Below are positions 59,273 through 64,000 of a stretch of 64,000 bases of DNA, one piece after another. How positions within the stretch are numbered: position 1 is the stretch's first letter; every line of letters starts with the position of its first letter. The position numbers and the translations under genes were made by a program. The stretch comes from Amoebidium appalachense. Lineage: Eukaryota > Protista > Ichthyosporea. Where the stretch lies: contig CAVNZM010000014.1 in the NCBI GenBank assembly GCA_963693365.1, forward strand, positions 6,634,001 to 6,698,000. The letters run 5' to 3'. The notes beneath the pieces are model-generated. The model was not told the DNA's origin. It was given only the letters and a program-made list of their open reading frames with translations, and made no database searches.

Positions 59273-60984
59273 ATGTTCACATATTCCATTATGATCTTGA
59301 GGCTTCACCATATACACATTGTGGCAAAACTAGTCGGTATAAAGCAGATACACATAGCAAGAAAGGATGAGGCGATTGCTTTCGTTTTTTTAGGTCATTT
59401 CCTCTAGATCCCCTCTGCGAGTCTCTCCCTCCGCCCATTTTTCATCCCAACCTACTCCCTATTTCTCCATTCCTCGTCCCCGTGATTCAGAAGCTAGCTG
59501 TTTCAGTGTGGGGGATAGGACGGGGGATATGGGATATGGAATTGGTGGAAGTTAAGGGGGTTGCACAGGCTCGTTTTTTTATCCCATGGGACGATGTGCA
59601 AGCTAGTTTGTGCAGATATAGTGTGCACGTGTGCCAGTGTGTGTGTGTGTGTGCGCGAGCGTGTGCCTGTGTGCGTGTGTGCGTGTGTGCGTGTGTGCGC
59701 GCACGCGTGTCTGTATGTGTCTCTGTGTGCGTGTGTGTAAACAACTGTACACATGAACTGTACATGTTTACTAAAGAATGTGATCTACTAGCACACGATT
59801 CGTGCTTTGTCATGAATATCACATAAATATTATGTCCGCACCAATAGGACTCACTCTGACCTAAGAATTGAACCATATATGATTCTATTGTTGCATACCA
59901 CAAAGACGAAGTGGACCAATGATAGGTTTGCATAAATAGGACGAAGGTCTGACTGGCTCGGACCGCACCAGAATCACGAATGGCATGTTGCCACCCGCGC
60001 TGGCCGCGGATGAACCAAACCTGGGCCTTGATCCGAAACCTGGGGGCTATATAACAAAGCCGTCCCAGTACGAGGATCACATCAGTGAAGTCTGAGACAG
60101 ACTGGGTCGGCCCATAGTAAAAGCAACCTGGCCGCGTGTGCCTTTCTACCCGTTCTCTGTCTTTATTTTGATTCAGTTGTACTCTGCCTTATCACGAGTC
60201 CTAACTACATAGTCCAACTGTTTACAGTGTGAGGGCGTGTGTGTGTGTGTGTGTGCGTGCACACACACGGGGAGGAGGGGAGAGAGGGAGGGGGGGGGGG
60301 GGGAGGGGGAGGGGGAGGGGGGGGTGTTTGTACAATTAGCATGAGTTTTGGTGGGGAGATGGTGAAATTTATATGCCATTGGGGACCCTCAAAGCCTTCC
60401 GGATATGTAGTGCAAAGTATTGCCAATGGTCTCAAATTTTTATTTTCTTCAGATACGTGGTTATTTTTAGACATGCTTGAGGAAATTATCAGGGAAGATG
60501 TAATCACTATTCTTACATCGTTTAACGTGAAATTGAAAACATTGTTGGTGTTGCATTAACCGCCGACCTGGCTGTGTGTGACATGTATTGAACATGCAGC
60601 TTCGTCAGCGACTTTTAACACATAATGGCATATTGATATGCTCTCTTACTACCTCTTCCAATATGTATGGATCATTATTCTTCAAGGTCTCTACAAGTAG
60701 CCTCGCAGCCGCCGCCCCCCCCCCCCCCCCCCTCTCCCTTCCCCCCCCTTCCCCCCCCCCCCCCCCCCCCCTCCCCGCCCCTCCCTGCCCCCCCCCCCCC
60801 CCCCCCTTCAGGAGATAGAGGCCTTTTTCTCCTCCCTCTTCACCCCCCTCCCCCCACCCCCACCCCCGGCCCGCCCTTCCTCCCTCCTCCCTCTGAATCC
60901 TCCTCTCCCCCCACCCCCCCCCTCTCCCCCCACCCTCCAGGAGCCCCCCCCGCCCCCCCCCCCTCCAGGAGCCCCCCCCCTCCC

Positions 60985-61750
60985 TGTTGGAGTACACTGG
61001 TACTCCCGGCTAGCAATGTCTGTTAGAGAAAGTTTCTGAGCAATTGAATAACTGTTTCAACACTCACTCGAGTGCATAGAGCTTTTGTTTACGGTCATAT
61101 TCATATATGGTAGTTATATGTTTGAGCCAAAACTGTACCAATGACGAGCTTCACTAGCAACGTGCTAATTGTGCTCTCTTTTCGGCTATTCCCGGTTCAG
61201 ATGATGTCATGTCTATATTTGCCACAGGATTCTATTCTTAGAGTGGTAGTGTGCTTTATTCCCGGATATTCTCAGAATATTTTTAGTTGTGTGAAGCAAG
61301 ATTTACGTTTAACTGCAATTGGTGTGTTAAACACGTTTATTTGTGTGCTTTAGTGCAAGTTAACTAGCCACTCAACGTGCACAGTTAACTTTTATATCTT
61401 TAACGACTTGTTTTCATTGTGCTCTCTTTTCGGCCATGCTGTACATGGCCCACCACCAGGGTGCACACGAGGCCACCATGAGGTGGCCAACGACTATATA
61501 AAGCAGTGCCTCCCATGTCACAAACATGGGAAGCAGAACGTTTGATTTACATTTTTCTACTGTCGTTTCCAGTGCACAAAACACATAGACTAGTTACCCA
61601 TCATACACGACACTATGTCTGACAACTTACAGTTGCAGCAACTAGTCCAACTACTGGAGCAGAGGTTGGCCTCACAAGATGCAATCATTTCTGACTTACA
61701 GAAGGAACAACGTGCACTAGAACTAGCTTCTATGAACACAATGTCCAACA
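60985..61750 (+). repeat. Putative 5' LTR (766 bp)
   Basis: Begins TGTTGGA and ends TCCAACA (7-bp inverted termini). TATATAAA at about 61495. Directly followed by the PBS. Confidence 0.7.
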
Positions 61751-62672
61751 GGGTTATGGGCCCCTCACGTAATGATTCCATCAAGTTCAAGGTCGACATC
61801 CCTCTCTTCACTGGCATTGATAATGATTCAGGCACGGACTACCACACATGGGCCGAAACCATGTATGTCCAGCTTTCTGGTGCTGGTCTTCTCCACACCA
61901 TCGCGCCCAGTACGGAGCACCCGGCTACCCGTGAACAGGTCGACACTGCCCGTTCCTACCTGTGGCAAGCACTCTCGGTTGACGTGCGTTGTATCCTAGG
62001 GTTAACACGCACCACCACACCTGCGGAGATATGGTCGGCCCTATCTGCCCACTACCTGGAGCAATCTGAGGCCAATCAGTACGACCTTATCGGGCTGTAC
62101 ATGAATTCTACGCCTGAACCTACGGACACCGCGACGAAATACGCCATGAAACTCCGCGGCTACGTGCGGCGCCTGGCCGATTACGGCACACAAATTGGTG
62201 ATGCTCAAGTGCTGACCAAGCTCACCAACGACCTCGGCAAGGTGCCTTACTACGAAATGCCTGTAATTGCCTACAAGATGACACCCAAGCCTACCGTGAT
62301 GGGCCTCCTCCAACAGCTACGGGCATATGAGACCAGCCACCCACGTGCACGTGTGACTACCAGCTGGCCGGCCGCCTTCACCACACGGGCTCCTCAACCT
62401 GTCATCTGCCACGGCTGCGGCAAACCAGGCCACATCAAGTCTCAGTGCCCCAACGGCAACGGCCAACACAGCAACTCTGGCAACAACCGTGCCAGCACCT
62501 ACCCCAAGGGTTCCTGCGTCAACCACCCACTGTCTACCAGTCACACTACCGCCATGTGCAAGGGGGGCAACCGTGCCAACGGCCGCAAACCTAAGGGTGG
62601 TCCCCTCCCGCCTGGGTCCTGCATCAACCACCCTGCCTCTACTACCCACACTACGGCACAGTGCAAGGGGGG
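61615..62672 (+). CDS. gag: Copia Gag
   Basis: IPLFTG...DYHTWAETM, AEIWSALSAHY and CHGCGKPGHIKSQC; the frame changes at the G-run near 62666-62672. Confidence 0.85.
61752..61763 (+). other. Primer-binding site, half-tRNA(iMet) type
   Basis: GGTTATGGGCCC one base after the LTR end; this PBS type is known from copia/Ty5/Osser/Tp1. Confidence 0.8.
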
Positions 62673-64000
62673 GCTGCCGCTCCCCGGGCTTTCCTCATGT
62701 CTAGCAACGACTGTGGCACCAACAAGGTGCTCCTCGACTCTGGAGCCACTGACCATGTGTGCCCCCGGCCCGATGTGTTCATCAACATGCGTGCGGCGCC
62801 TTACTCCACGGTCCAAGTAGCCGACAAGGGTGCATGTGCAGTGCTTGGGGTGGGCGACGTGTTCTTTTCCAGCACCATCGACGGCGTTACTGCGGTGCAT
62901 CAGCTGACGGATGTACTCTACGTGCCCTCCATCCCCGACACTCTCATCAGTGTGTTCACGGCAACTACCAACGGTGTTTTACCCCGCTTTGACACCCGCG
63001 GCGGCGTTAAGTTGTGCTACGGCGATCAAATTCTGGCCACCGGCTCGGCTGTCGGCACCAAGCTGTACCACATGGCGGTGTCTCTTCTGCGCGCGGACAC
63101 AACCCCGGACGCCCAAACCACCACTGCTCCGCGTATCCTCAAGGTTACTGCCGACCTCAACACGTGGCACTACCGTCTGGGCCATGCTGGCATTGACGCT
63201 GTACGCTCGGTCATCAAGTCTGCAGGCCTGTTGGTGGGTGGCGGTGCCAAGTCTCCGGGTGTGTGTGAGCCCTGTGCCCTCGGCAAAGCCCACCGTGTTG
63301 CCTTCTCCGAATCAACTAGCCAAGCTCCCCGGGTCCTAGCCAAGGTTCACAGCGACATCAGCGGCCCCTTCCCTCCCGCGATCGGTGGTGCTCACTACCA
63401 CCGGCTCTCCTCAACAGAATGGGACTGCCGAACGACTGAACCGGACCCTCCTCGACATGGTTCGGGCACTCCTGCAGCAGTCCGGCCTTCCGGTGGGATT
63501 CTGGGCCGAGGCAGCTGTGACCGCGGCTTTTATACGCAACATGCTCCCGTCGCGAGCCACCGGCAGCCAATCGTCTCCCGCCCTGCTGTGGACCGGCATT
63601 CCTCCCGACTACAGCCGGCTCCGTGTCTGGGGCTCTCCCTGCTACGTCCATCAACAGGATACACCGAAACTGGCGCCTCGTGCCGTCAAGGGCATCTTCG
63701 TGGGCTACCCTCCTAACATCAAGGGCTACAAGGTCTGGATTCCAGCAGCACACAAGATGACCGTCAGCCGTGACGTGCAGTTCGACGAGGCTGCTATTCT
63801 GCACCCCCTCCGTGATGTCCCATCTGATTGGTCGACCGCACCGGCAATTCATCATTTTTTGGAGTCATCTGATTCGTCAAATCAGCCAGCCAATCACATC
63901 GTCCGGAATGATCAGCAATCTGATTCGTCTCGTCTGTCAGCCAATGGGACAGCGCCGAGTGATCAATTGGACATTCCGATCCTGCCCGAGCCTGCACATC
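62673..64000 (+). pseudogene. pol: Copia pol (protease, integrase with core deletion)
   Basis: After VHSDISGPFPPAIGGAHY the sequence jumps, out of frame, to SPQQNGTAERLNRTLLDM. Confidence 0.85.

Larger units (their letters stand above)
60985..64000 (+). mobile_element. Ty1/copia LTR retrotransposon, defective, 3' part outside window
   Basis: LTR, PBS, gag with a CCHC knuckle, protease LLDSGATDH, GAG-pre-integrase WHYRLGH...CEPC, and integrase pieces VHSDISGP and SPQQNGTAERLNRTL...GIFVGYP...VSRDVQFDE. PR followed directly by INT is the copia order. Confidence 0.95.

Noticed and set aside
61021-61032. Alternative LTR start TGTTAGAG
   Set aside because: TGTTGGA at 60985 matches the TCCAACA end better (7 bp versus 4 bp); final proof needs the 3' LTR.
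62660-62680. Programmed gag-pol frameshift
   Set aside because: The shift falls in a G7 run. Copia elements usually have one ORF, and similar homopolymer indels occur at about 47412 and 56220, so error or decay is more likely.

Overview
This is eukaryotic genomic DNA. Short exons are separated by introns packed with (CA)n/(GT)n microsatellites and poly-C/poly-G runs, so most ORFs in the supplied track are repeat artefacts. Manual splicing gives six multi-exon genes: thiamine pyrophosphokinase (-, runs off the left edge); a single-finger GATA factor (+); a secreted mosaic protein with 2x hevein-like Cys modules, PAN/Apple, TSP1 and spherulin-4/GH135 (-); a PARI/PARPBP-like protein with a C-terminal PIP box (-); a protein with seven RanBP2-type zinc fingers and a presequence-like N-terminus (+); and a SEC-C + MYND protein (+). 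There is also an intronless, frameshifted BTB gene and the 5' part of a defective Ty1/copia element with a half-tRNA(iMet) PBS. Two signals are left unexplained by the genes. (1) A strand-specific intron grammar: (CA)n directly abuts many 3' AGs, often opposite (GT)n at the donor. (2) A ~400-nt structured intronic repeat family whose full copies end in poly(C) and whose copies all lie sense to the host gene. The gene content suggests a non-animal opisthokont/holozoan, but that is inference only. All protein family calls come from motif recognition by eye; no searches were run. Several single-base indels in homopolymers may be assembly errors.
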